Of a stretch of 64,000 bases of DNA, positions 1 through 11,495 are shown one piece after another. Source of the stretch: Eledone cirrhosa (taxonomy: Eukaryota); contig OZ024743.1 in the NCBI GenBank assembly GCA_964016885.1, forward strand, positions 375,782,001 through 375,846,000. Direction: 5' to 3'. A program made the position numbers and the translations under genes. The notes beneath the pieces were generated by a model, which did not search any database, was not told the DNA's origin, and was given only the letters and a program-made list of their open reading frames with translations. Each line of letters begins with the position of its first letter. The stretch's first letter is position 1.

Positions 1-2240
1 AAACAATGAGAATCTTAATTATGTTAACTTTAAATCTAACCATCCTACCAATATCAAGAATGCTATAGTTAATAATATTGGAAATAGAATATCTAACATA
101 TCTTCTAATAAAAACATCTTTGATGCTAACGCCAATTACTATAATAACGCACTTTCTAAAGCCGGCTATCCAGATAAAATCAAATATAATAAAGAAACAA
201 ATTCTAGGAAAACTTACAGTAGAATAATTAATCATGACCATTCCAATAATTTTAATAAAAGACCTAGATACAAAAACATAATCTGGTATAATGCTCCTTT
301 CTCCATCTCTATTAATAACAATATTCCTAAATTATTTTTTAGTGCCTTAAATAAATGCTTCCCTCCCTCACATATCTATAGTAAAATATTTAACAAACAC
401 ACCATCAAATTTTCGTATTCTACATCCTCCAATATTTCCAACATCATCTCTAAACACAACAACAAAATATTAAATACTAAATCTCTTCCTTCCAATATTG
501 AATTTCATAATAACAGTAATAGTACTCCCGACGTCATTGTAAACCCTAGGCTAATTTCTGTAAACCCAAATACAACGTCAAACACAACTTCGCTAAATGT
601 TCATAATCCAACTCTAAATCAAGAAACTATTATTCCTTATTATTCCTATCGCAAACAACTTCTCCAATCCAATTCCTTCTATAGATAACACTAGATCACT
701 CATTAATAATCTCTCTAATTGCAACTGCCGCATTAAAAATAAATGTCCTCTCAACAACCATTGCCTCGATAAAAACTTAATTTATGAATGTAAAATTATA
801 ACTCGCACCAATTCCTTCACCTATTTTGGCTCCACTTCCACCGCTTTTAAAGCTCGTCTCTATAATCATCATTCATCTTTCAAATACAAACTTAAAAGAA
901 CTAACACTGCTCTCTCAGAACTCATATGGTCCTTAAAAGACAAAAACATTAAATATAACATCTTTTGGAAAAAGATTTCTTCTGCATCCTCATACTTGAA
1001 CAGCTCTCTATCTAAAATCTGTAATCTCTGCCTAAATGAAAAATTTTCCATTATCTCTAACCTAGATTCTATAATAAATAGACGCTCAGATTTGTTTTCT
1101 ATCTGCCTGCATAAATTCCATAGAACTTTTCACAAAGTATACAGTTAATATTCAATTCTTTATCAATTTAGAATCTTTTCTCAAAGGCACATATACATAC
1201 ACCTCTTTAAAATATACCCATCTACCTTACTTTAAAGGGCATTATACACTCTATAATACTCGTTTATTCATTACCCTCATTCTATCTTCTCGTAAAATAA
1301 TATTTGTTTTTGACATTTTGAATATTCATCCGCAATCATTATTATTTTTTCTCTCTATCAAAAATCTTTTTAATCTCAATTTCATCCTTAATTTATTATT
1401 ATTTTTTTTCTCCCCATCGACGAACTCATTATTAATACATATCAATTCAATATACAAACTTTAACTTCACATTATTTTTCTCAAATCCTTCTACACACAA
1501 ACCTTAACAATTTTTCTCTTCGCTAATTTTGAAATTGCCACAATACATACATTTCTTCTTTTAACGTTAGAATATTCACCCACAATTATTATTTTTTTCT
1601 CTCTATCTTCATACATAATTTCCCTTCGTTAATTTTCAAATTCCTTTAATTTATACATTATCTTCCAACGGTTCCCAACCTCTCTATATTAAAACAATAT
1701 ACCTTTTTCTCAGTTGTAAAAACTATCTCTTTCTCTCTATCACCCATCTCTCCCTCTCCACCTTCACTCTCATCTCCTCCTCCCTTTTTTTCATCCTTCC
1801 CCCCCCCCCCTCCCTAAATAAAATATTTTTCCTCGCACATATCCTCCCTTCGTTAATTTTCAAAATTTTTTAATTTATACAGTATCTTCCAACGGTTTTC
1901 AACCCCTCTATGTAAAAATTATATCTCCTCTCAGTTATAAAAACTATCTCTTTCTCTCTATCACCCATCTCTCCCTTTCATCTCCTTCCCTTTTCATCCT
2001 TTCCCCCCCCCCCCCCCTCTCTAAATAAAATATTTTTCCAAATATCACACATCAATCTAAAACCACTTTTCATATGTTGATTTAAAACTGCACTATCAAC
2101 AAGTGTTTTTTAGCCTTCATATCATGTTCTCCTGTTTTATCTGATGAAAACACAAATATTATTGCTTGATGATGTTTGTTTTTGAAATGCGCATAATAAA
2201 ATATATGGAACTCCTTTAACCATCTTTTGATCTTATATTA
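1..2240 (+). mobile_element. Penelope-like element, copy A (3' part: RT C-terminus, GIY-YIG endonuclease, 3' UTR/pseudo-LTR)
   Basis: Near-identical to 6513-8750 (offset 6512). RT frame 2-688, endonuclease frame 618-1148, then AT-rich pLTR with a hammerhead; ends in (TA)n. Confidence 0.9.
2135..2201 (+). ncRNA. Type I hammerhead ribozyme, family A (PLE pLTR)
   Basis: TTTTAT-CTGATGA-stem II(AAACACAAA..TTTGTTTTT)-GAAA-TGCGCA(palindromic stem III)-TA-ATAAAA. Confidence 0.8.
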
Positions 2241-2810
2241 TATATATATATATATACATACATGCACATATATATATATGCACGTATGGATTCACCGAAC
2301 ATTTATTATAATGCTCGGTGTGTTTGTAAACAAACATCCCGTATTAAGCCGTAGTGTCTAGCAACCACCGTTGCTCGTTTGTTCAACACTGACAAAGGAA
2401 CGCTGTACTAGTTTCAAGCTTGTTAGCTATCGTAGGCAACGTATACCTTCCTGCCAGATTGTTGAACGTATATACTTACCTTATGCATATTAACGGCTGA
2501 GTAGCCCAATTTGCATATTGAGTGGGTTAATCGGCCGGGTGCACCGAAAACGATAAACGGAAAAAATGAAACGATATTTCATTTCCCACTCTTAGTACGG
2601 CTGTTACTTAAATATAAGTATGTACACGTACATACATATATGTATACCGACGTACAGTAGTATGTATATATATATATACATACATGCACACATATATATA
2701 TGCACGTATGGATTCACCGAACATTTATTATAATGCTCGGTGTGTTTGTAAACAAACATGCCGTATTAAGCCGTAGTGTCTAGCAACCACCGTTGCTCGT
2801 TTGTTCAACA

Positions 2811-2901
2811 CTGACAAAGGAACGCTGTACTAGTTTCAAGCTTGTTAGCTATCGTCAGCAACGTATACCTTCCTGCCAGATTGTTGAACGTATATACTTA
2901 C
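2811..2901 (-). other. Putative 91-nt spliceosomal intron enclosing hammerhead B (present in every direct unit)
   Basis: Donor AAG|GTAAGTAT at 2901, branch-like GCTAAC ~35 nt before the acceptor, acceptor TTCCTTTGTCAG| at 2811. Confidence 0.55.
2822..2864 (-). ncRNA. Minimal type I hammerhead ribozyme, family B (representative unit)
   Basis: Minus strand: ACGTTG-CTGACGA-TAGCT AACA AGCTT-GAAA-CTAG-TA-CAGCGT. Stem I ACGTTG/CAGCGT, palindromic stem III CTAG, GUA cleavage triplet. Confidence 0.8.
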
Positions 2902-4095
2902 CTTATGCATATTAACGGCTGAGTAGCCCAATTTGCATATTGAGTGGGTTAATCGGCCGGGTGCACCGAAAACGATAAACGGAAAAAATGAAACGATATT
3001 TCATTTCCCACTCTTAGTACGGCTGTTACTTAAATATAAGTATGTACACGTACATACATATATGTATACCGACGTACAGTAGTATGTATATATATATATA
3101 TACATACATGCACACATATATATATGCACGTATGGATTCACCGAACATTTATTATAATGCTCGGTGTGTTTGTAAACAAACATCCCGTATTAAGCCGTAG
3201 TGTCTAGCAACCACCGTTGCTCGTTTGTTCAACACTGACAAAGGAACGCTGTACTAGTTTCAAGCTTGTTAGCTATCGTCAGCAACGTATACCTTCCTGT
3301 CAGATTGTTGAACGTATATACTTACCTTATGCATATTAACAGCTGAGTAGCCCAATTTGCATATCGAGTGGGTTAATCGGCCGGGTGCACCGAAAACGAT
3401 AAACGGAAAAAATGAAACGATATTTCATTTCCCACTCTTAGTACGGCTGTTACTTAAATATAAGTATGTACACGTACATACATATATGTATACCGACGTA
3501 CAGTAGTATGTATATATATATATATATATATATATACATACATGCACACATATATATATATGCACGTATGGATTCACAGAACATTTATTATAATGCTCGG
3601 TGTGTTTGTAAACAAACATCCCGTATTAAGCCGTAGTGTCTAGCAACCACCGTTGCTCGTTTGTTCAACACTGACAAAGGAACGCTGTACTAGTTTCAAG
3701 CTTGTTAGCTATCGTCAGCAACGTATACCTTCCTGCCAGATTGTTGAACGTATATACTTACCTTATGCATATTAACGGCTGAGTAGCCCAATTTGCATAT
3801 CGAGTGGGTTAATCGGCCGGGTGCACCGAAAACGATAAACGGAAAAAAGGAAACGATATTTCATTTCCCACTCTTAGTAAGGCTGTTACTTAAATATAAG
3901 TATGTACACGTACATACATATATGTATACCGACGTACAGTAGTATGTATATATATATATATATATATATGTAGGAGGTGAGTTTTAGTGTAGTACAATAA
4001 AGCAACGCAGATATCGGATAAGAAGCACTCTACAGTTTGTGGGACTGGAGTATGCATAATATAAGATCAAAAGATGGTTAAAGGAGTTCCATATA

Positions 4096-4162
4096 TTTTA
4101 TTATGCGCATTTCAAAAACAAACATCATCAAGCAATAATATTTGTGTTTTCATCAGATAAAA
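4096..4162 (-). ncRNA. Hammerhead ribozyme, family A (inverted pLTR)
   Basis: Reverse complement of 2135-2201. Confidence 0.8.
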
Positions 4163-4988
4163 CAGAACATGATATGAAGGCTAAAAAACACTTGTTGATA
4201 GTGCAGTTTTAAATCAACATATGAAAAGTGGTTTTAGATTGATGTGTGATATTGGGAAAAATATTTTATTTAGAGAGGGGGGGGGGGAAGGATGAAAAGG
4301 GAAGGAGATGAAAGGGAGAGATGGGTGATAGAGAGAAAGAGATAGTTTTTATAACTGAGAGGAGATATAATTTTTACATAGAGGGGTTGAAAACCGTTGG
4401 AAGATACTGTATAAATTAAAAATTTTGAAAATTAACGAAGGGAGGATATGTGCGAGGAAAAAATATTTTATTTAGGGAGGGGGGGTGGAAAGGATGAAAA
4501 AAGGGGGGAGGAGATGAGAGTGAAGGTGGAGAGGGAGAGATGGGTGATAGAGAGAAAGAGATAGTTTTTATAACTGAGAAAAAGATATATTGTTTTAATA
4601 TAGAGAGGTTGGGAACCGTTGGAAGATAATGTATAAATTAAAGGAATTTGAAAATTAACGAAGGGAAATTATGTATGAAGATAGAGAGAAAAAAATAATA
4701 ATTGTGGGTGAATATTCTAACGTCAAAAGAAGAAATGTATGTATTGTGGCAATTTCAAAATTAGCGAAGAGAAAAATTGTTAAGGTTTGTGTGTAGAAGG
4801 ATTTGAGAAAAATAATGTGAAGTTAAAGTTTGTATATTGAATTGATATGTATTAATAATGAGTTCGTTGATAAAATAAATAAAATATTTTTCCCAATATC
4901 ACACATCAATCTAAAACCACTTTTCATATGTTGATTTAAAACTGCACTATCAACAAGTGTTTTTTAGCCTTCATATCATGTTCTCCTG

Positions 4989-5055
4989 TTTTATCTGATG
5001 AAAACACAAATATTATTGCTTGATGATGTTTGTTTTTGAAATGCGCATAATATAT
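4989..5055 (+). ncRNA. Hammerhead ribozyme, family A, weakened stem I
   Basis: Core intact, but a ~5-nt deletion removes most of the ATAAAA 3' arm of stem I (CATAATATATGG versus CATAATAAAATATATGG). Confidence 0.6.
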
Positions 5056-5256
5056 GGAACTCCTTTAACCATCTTTTGATCTTATATTATGCATACTCCA
5101 GTCCCACAAACTCTAGAGTGCTTCTTATCCGATATCTGCATTGCTTTATTGTACTACAATAAAACTCACCTCCTACATTAACTTGCTCCTTAACGGTTGA
5201 GCGTTTACTCTCATATTGGATACCTTTTGATGGTCCTTCACCTCTTCTTCTACAAC

Positions 5257-7200
5257 ATGGATTATTACAACATAACCAATTCAACTAAAGACATTCCTAT
5301 ACCTGGTAAATCCGAATTCACCAAACTTCTTATTGAAAAAACTGACTCCTTCGTAAGAAGACTTAGATGGACAGCCTATTTCTATGACCAGCGCCTAAAA
5401 GGGAACTTTCATACCAAAGAACACAACTTCCTCGATCATCTTTTTAATTCTAGACGAAATCCTCCTTCCAACAAAAATCTAGCACAATTCGAGGAAGAAT
5501 TAACTAAAATAATAAAAAATCTTAAATTCAAGAGATACCCTTACAAAGGACAAGAGCACCTTGTAAATCTCAAGAACACAATCTCTAACCTAAATTCCTC
5601 AAAAAATGTTTTAGTCCACTCTGACAAAACCAATAACCTATATGGTATTTCCAAGGATAATTATAACAACCTTATCCTAAAGGAACTTAGGAAAAAGTAT
5701 CGTAAAACCAACCATGAAAATTTAGAATGCATAAACCTTGAAGCCTATGAGATTATGTCAAAACTTGGCATTGAAAAAAAGACCGAACCATTCCTCCCAA
5801 GAACTCCGAGGATAAATCTCAAGGATCACAAAAACAATTTTCGCACTGAACTACCTGTTAGATTAATCGCCCCCTCTAAATCTGATCTGGGGGTTGTTAG
5901 TAAAGCCATCTTGGATAGGATTATCCCACAGGTGAGTTCTAATTGCTCTTCTTTAAACCTAAATTTATGGTTTGGTACTTCTGAAGTGATTGGCTGGTTC
6001 AACAAATTGGATAATAAAAACAAACTAAAATTTATTCAATTCGATATTGCCAGCTACTATTCCTCCATTTCGCCTTCACTTCTCAATAATGCTCTATCTT
6101 TCGCACTTAAATATTCTGACATCACCACAGATGAACTTCACATCATCCTCACCGCACGTAAAACCATCCTAGAGTTCAACAACGAATATTGGACCAGAGC
6201 CGATACCTCTAACAACTTCGACATCACAATGGGAGCATCCGATTCATCCCAATTGACTGATTTAATTGGTATCTTCATTTTGAACTCTTTGAGTCGGAAA
6301 ATTCCTCAACTTCGCGGTGGAATTTATCGTGACGATGGACTCTTTACTATCCTAAATTGCAATATAGTTAAACTTAATATTATTAAGAACAATATACGTA
6401 ATCTCTTTAACCAACATAACCTAAAAATTGAATTTGATAATAGTATCAAACTAGCTAATTTCTTGGATGTATCTCTTAATCTTGACACTGGCCTATATTA
6501 CCCTTACCATAAAAACAATGAGAATCTTAATTATGTTAACTTTAAATCTAACCATCCTACCAATATCAAGAATGCTATAGTTAATAATATTGGAAATAGA
6601 ATATCTAACATATCTTCTAATAAAAACATCTTTGATGCTAACGCCAATTACTATAATAACGCACTTTCTAAAGCCGGCTATCCAGATAAAATCAAATATA
6701 ATAAAGAAACAAATTCTAGGAAAACTTACAGTAGAATAATTAATCATGACCATTCCAATAATTTTAATAAAAGACCTAGATACAAAAACATAATCTGGTA
6801 TAATGCTCCTTTCTCCATCTCTATTAATAACAATATTCCTAAATTATTTTTTAGTGCCTTAAATAAATGCTTCCCTCCCTCACATATCTATAGTAAAATA
6901 TTTAACAAACACACCATCAAATTTTCGTATTCTACATCCTCCAATATTTCCAACATCATCTCTAAACACAACAACAAAATATTAAATACTAAATCTCTTC
7001 CTTCCAATATTGAATTTCATAATAACAGTAATAGTACTCCCGACGTCATTGTAAACCCTAGGCTAATTTCTGTAAACCCAAATACAACGTCAAACACAAC
7101 TTCGCTAAATGTTCATAATCCAACTCTAAATCAAGAAACTATTATTCCTTATTATTCCTATCGCAAACAACTTCTCCAATCCAATTCCTTCTATAGATAA
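5257..7200 (+). CDS. PLE reverse transcriptase (probably Hydra-type, C-terminal-EN clade), truncated by frameshift
   Basis: ATG at 5257 (MDYYNITNSTKDIPIP). RT motifs FIQFDIASYYSSI, FDITMGASDS, IYRDDGL, NFLDVSLNL, SNHP, NIIWYNAPFS. Confidence 0.88.
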   Translation: MDYYNITNSTKDIPIPGKSEFTKLLIEKTDSFVRRLRWTAYFYDQRLKGNFHTKEHNFLDHLFNSRRNPPSNKNLAQFEEELTKIIKNLKFKRYPYKGQEHLVNLKNTISNLNSSKNVLVHSDKTNNLYGISKDNYNNLILKELRKKYRKTNHENLECINLEAYEIMSKLGIEKKTEPFLPRTPRINLKDHKNNFRTELPVRLIAPSKSDLGVVSKAILDRIIPQVSSNCSSLNLNLWFGTSEVIGWFNKLDNKNKLKFIQFDIASYYSSISPSLLNNALSFALKYSDITTDELHIILTARKTILEFNNEYWTRADTSNNFDITMGASDSSQLTDLIGIFILNSLSRKIPQLRGGIYRDDGLFTILNCNIVKLNIIKNNIRNLFNQHNLKIEFDNSIKLANFLDVSLNLDTGLYYPYHKNNENLNYVNFKSNHPTNIKNAIVNNIGNRISNISSNKNIFDANANYYNNALSKAGYPDKIKYNKETNSRKTYSRIINHDHSNNFNKRPRYKNIIWYNAPFSISINNNIPKLFFSALNKCFPPSHIYSKIFNKHTIKFSYSTSSNISNIISKHNNKILNTKSLPSNIEFHNNSNSTPDVIVNPRLISVNPNTTSNTTSLNVHNPTLNQETIIPYYSYRKQLLQSNSFYR

Positions 7201-7660
7201 CACTAGATCACTCATTAATAATCTCTCTAATTGCAACTGCCGCATTAAAAATAAATGTCCTCTCAACAACCATTGCCTCGATAAAAACTTAATTTATGAA
7301 TGTAAAATTATAACTCGCACCAATTCCTTCACCTATTTTGGCTCCACTTCCACCTCTTTTAAAGCTCGTCTCTATAATCATCATTCATCTTTCAAATACA
7401 AACTTAAAAGAACTAACACTGCTCTCTCAGAACTCATATGGTCCTTAAAAGACAAAAACATTAAATATAACATCTTTTGGAAAAAGATTTCTTCTGCATC
7501 CTCATACTTGAACAGCTCTCTATCTAAAATCTGTAATCTCTGCCTAAATGAAAAATTTTCCATTATCTCTAACCTAGATTCTATAATAAATAGACGCTCA
7601 GATTTGTTTTCTATCTGCCTGCATAAATTCCATAGAACTTTTCACAAAGTATACAGTTAA
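7130..7660 (+). pseudogene. GIY-YIG endonuclease domain of the PLE, in the +1 frame (missed by the ORF track)
   Basis: Manual translation: ..SNCNCRIKNKCPLNNHCLDKNLIYECK..TYFGSTSTSFKARLYNHHSSF..TALSELIWSLK..ICNLCLNEK..INRRSDLFSICLH..VYS*. CxCx5C, LIY/YFG, FKxR, CxLCLxEK and CxH motifs. Same at 618-1148. Confidence 0.85.
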
Positions 7661-8645
7661 TATTCAATTCTTTATCAATTTAGAATCTTTTCTCAAAGGC
7701 ACATATACATACACCTCTTTAAAATATACCCATCTACCTTACTTTAAAGGGCATTATACACTCTATAATACTCGTTTATTCATTACCCTCATTCTATCTT
7801 CTCGTAAAATAATATTTGTTTTTGACATTTTGAATATTCATCCGCAATCATTATTATTTTTTCTCTCTATCAAAAATCTTTTTAATCTCAATTTCATCCT
7901 TAATTTATTATTATTTTTTTTCTCCCCATCGACGAACTCATTATTAATACATATCAATTCAATATACAAACTTTAACTTCACATTATTTTTCTCAAATCC
8001 TTCTACACACAAACCTTAACAATTTTTCTCTAAGCTAATTTTGAAATTGCCACAATACATACATTTCTTCTTTTGACGTTAGAATATTCACCCACAATTA
8101 TTATTTTTTTCTCTCTATCTTCATACATAATTTCCCTTCGTTAATTTTCAAATTCCTTTAACTTATACATTATCTTCCAACGGTTCCCAACCTCTCTATA
8201 TTAAAACAATATATCTTTTTCTCAGTTATAAAAACTATCTCTTTCTCTCTATCACCCATCTCTCCCTCTCCACCTTCACTCTCATCTCCTCCTCCCTTTT
8301 TTTTCATCCTTTCCACCCCCCCCCCTCCCTAAATAAAATATTTTTTCCTCGCACATATCCTCCCTTCGTTAATTTTCAAAATTTTTTAATTTATACAGTA
8401 TCTTCCAACGGTTTTCAACCCCTCTATGTAAAAATTATATCTCCTCTCAGTTATAAAAACTATCTCTTTCTCTCTATCACCCATCTCTCCCTTTCATCTC
8501 CTTCCCTTTTCATCCTTTCCCCCCCCCCTCTCTAAACAAAATATTTTTCCCAATATCACACATCAATCTAAAACCACTTTTCATATGTTGATTTAAAACT
8601 GCACTATCAACAAGTGTTTTTTAGCCTTCATATCATGTTCTCCTG

Positions 8646-8712
8646 TTTTATCTGATGAAAACACAAATATTATTGCTTGATGATGTTTGTTTTTGAAATG
8701 CGCATAATAAAA
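8646..8712 (+). ncRNA. Hammerhead ribozyme, family A (3' pLTR of copy B)
   Basis: Same motif as 2135-2201. Confidence 0.8.
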
Positions 8713-8750
8713 TATATGGAACTCCTTTAACCATCTTTTGATCTTATATT

Positions 8751-10447
8751 ATATATATATATATATACATACATGCACATATATATATATGCACGTATGG
8801 ATTCACCGAACATTTATTATAATGCTCGGTGTGTTTGTAAACAAACATCCCGTATTAAGCCGTAGTGTCTAGCAACCACCGTTGCTCGTTTGTTCAACAC
8901 TGACAAAGGAACGCTGTACTAGTTTCAAGCTTGTTAGCTATCGTAGGCAACGTATACCTTCCTGCCAGATTGTTGAACGTATATACTTACCTTATGCATA
9001 TTAACGGCTGAGTAGCCCAATTTGCATATTGAGTGGGTTAATCGGCCGAGTGCACCGAAAACGATAAACGGAAAAAATGAAACGATATTTCATTTCCCAC
9101 TCTTAGTACGGCTGTTACTTAAATATAAGTATGTACACCTACATACATATATGTATACCGACGTACAGTAGTATGTATATATATATATATACATACATGC
9201 ACACATATATATATGCACGTATGGATTCACCGAACATTTATTATAATGCTCGGTGTGTTTGTAAACAAACATCCCGTATTAAGCCGTAGTGTCTAGCAAC
9301 CACCGTTGCTCGTTTGTTCAACACTGACAAAGGAACGCTGTACTAGTTTCAAGCTTGTTAGCTATCGTCAGCAACGTATACCTTCCTGTCAGATTGTTGA
9401 ACGTATATACTTACCTTATGCATATTAACAGCTGAGTAGCCCAATTTGCATATCGAGTGGGTTAATCGGCCGGGTGCACCGAAAACGATAAACGGAAAAA
9501 ATGAAACGATATTTCATTTCCCACTCTTAGTACGGCTGTTACTTAAATATAAGTATGTACACGTACATACATATATGTATACCGACGTACAGTAGTATGT
9601 ATATATATATATATATACATACATGCACACATATATATATGCACGTATGGATTCACCGAACATTTATTATAATGCTCGGTGTGTTTGTAAACAAACATGC
9701 CGTATTAAGCCGTAGTGTCTAGCAACCACCGTTGCTCGTTTGTTCAACACTGACAAAGGAACGCTGTACTAGTTTCAAGCTTGTTAGCTATCGTCAGCAA
9801 CGTATACCTTCCTGTCAGATTGTTGAACGTATATACTTACCTTATGCATATTAACAGCTGAGTAGCCCAATTTGCATATCGAGTGGGTTAATCGGCCGGG
9901 TGCACCGAAAACGATAAACGGAAAAAATGAAACGATATTTCATTTCCCACTCTTAGTACGGCTGTTACTTAAATATAAGTATGTACACGTACATACATAT
10001 ATGTATACCGACGTACAGTAGTATGTATATATATATATATATACATACATGCACACATATATATATGCACGTATGGATTCACCGAACATTTATTATAATG
10101 CTCGGTGTGTTTGTAAACAAACATGCCGTATTAAGCCGTAGTGTCTAGCAACCACCGTTGCTCGTTTGTTCAACACTGACAAAGGAACGCTGTACTAGTT
10201 TCAAGCTTGTTAGCTATCGTCAGCAACGTATACCTTCCTGCCAGATTGTTGAACGTATATACTTACCTTATGCATATTAACGGCTGAGTAGCCCAATTAG
10301 CATATTGAGTGGGTTAATCGGCCGGGTGCACCGAAAACGATAAACGGAAAAAATGAAACGATATTTCATTTCCCACTCTTAGTACGGCTGTTACTTAAAT
10401 ATAAGTATGTACACGTACATACATATATGTATACCGACGTACAGTAG

Positions 10448-10485
<38 letters not shown>

Positions 10486-10940
10486 CATGCACACATATAT
10501 ATATGCACGTATGGATTCACCGAACATTTATTATAATGCTCGGTGTGTTTGTAAACAAACATCCCGTATTAAGCCGTAGTGTCTAGCAACCACCGTTGCT
10601 CGTTTGTTCAACACTGACAAAGGAACGCTGTACTAGTTTCAAGCTTGTTAGCTATCGTCAGCAACGTATACCTTCCTGCCAGATTGTTGAACGTATATAC
10701 TTACCTTATGCATATTAACGGCTGAGTATATACGTTCAACAATCTGGCAGGGAGGTATACGTTGCTGACGATAGCTAACAAGCTTGAAACTAGTACAGCG
10801 TTCCTTTGTCAGTGTTGAACAAACGAGCAACGGTGGTTGCTAGACACTACGGCTTAATACGGCATGTTTGTTTACAAACACACCGAGCATTATAATAAAT
10901 GTTCGTTGAATCCATACGTGCATATATATATGTGTGCATG

Positions 10941-10980
<40 letters not shown>

Positions 10981-11024
10981 CTACTGTACGTCGGTATACA
11001 TATATGTATGTACGTGTACATACT
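8751..11024 (-). repeat. Second array of ~420-435-bp hammerhead units (5 direct plus 1 inverted partial)
   Basis: Hammerheads at 8911 (broken core), 9335, 9761, 10187, 10625 on minus; 10759 on plus after a fold-back. Confidence 0.85.
10759..10801 (+). ncRNA. Hammerhead ribozyme, family B (inverted copy)
   Basis: ACGTTG CTGACGA TAGCTAACAAGCTT GAAA CTAG TA CAGCGT read directly on +. Confidence 0.78.
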
Positions 11025-11079
11025 CATATATATATTTATATATACATATATATATATATACATACATATACATATACAT

Positions 11080-11130
<51 letters not shown>

Positions 11131-11354
11131 CACCATTTATATACATATATATATATACATATACATATACAGAGTGGTGGGGCTTCGATCGCCTTCATTA
11201 CACTCGAGCTGATCGATATTGAAACAATTGTAATATGCAAATAAAGTTTTTACACATGTTGCAAATCTCATAAATAGCCCCTACCCCAACCCACCTATGA
11301 TAAATTTATATAACTGAGGCAATAATATAATCGGAACTAATTTATTTCAGCTTA

Positions 11355-11495
11355 TTTTTAGGGTTATGGTTTAGGGTTAAAGTGCCGTTAGGATTAGGGT
11401 TTAGTGTTGGACTTTGGTGTTGGGGTTTAGGGTTAATGGTTTGGGTTAAGTGTAAGGATTATGGTTGGGGGCTAGGATGTGGGGTTAGAGTTAAT
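11355..11495 (+). repeat. Degenerate TTAGGG-like tract inside an unclassified repeat
   Basis: TTTAGGGTTA..TTTAGGGTTA..TTAGGATTAGGGTTTAG..GGGGTTTAGGGTTA. Confidence 0.5.

Larger units (their letters stand above)
2241..3968 (-). repeat. Tandem array of ~420-435-bp hammerhead-containing units (4 units), retrozyme-like
   Basis: Hammerhead positions 2400, 2822, 3246, 3682 (periods 422-436, differences due to TA tract length). First unit has a broken core (CCTACGA). Confidence 0.85.
3969..8750 (+). mobile_element. Penelope-like element, copy B: inverted pLTR (3969-4869), direct pLTR (~4876-5180), ORF, 3' pLTR
   Basis: 3969-4869 is the reverse complement of the 3' UTR/pLTR. Inverted-plus-direct pLTR architecture is typical of PLE insertions. 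Flanked by (TA)n. Confidence 0.9.

Noticed and set aside
2894-2903. ATACTTACCT resembling the U1 snRNA 5' end
   Set aside because: No U1 body or Sm site follows; it is better read as the complement of a splice donor on the minus strand.
7028-7196. Intron or programmed frameshift joining RT to the endonuclease
   Set aside because: A phase-compatible GT..AG exists, but the donor is weak and a 10-bp tandem duplication explains the shift more simply.
7130-7660. Selenoprotein (Naiad-type) PLE
   Set aside because: Cys codons are TGT/TGC, there is no in-frame TGA, and the endonuclease is C-terminal.
11355-11495. Telomere or chromosome fusion site
   Set aside because: TTAGGG units are few, degenerate and internal to a repeat; no pure array.
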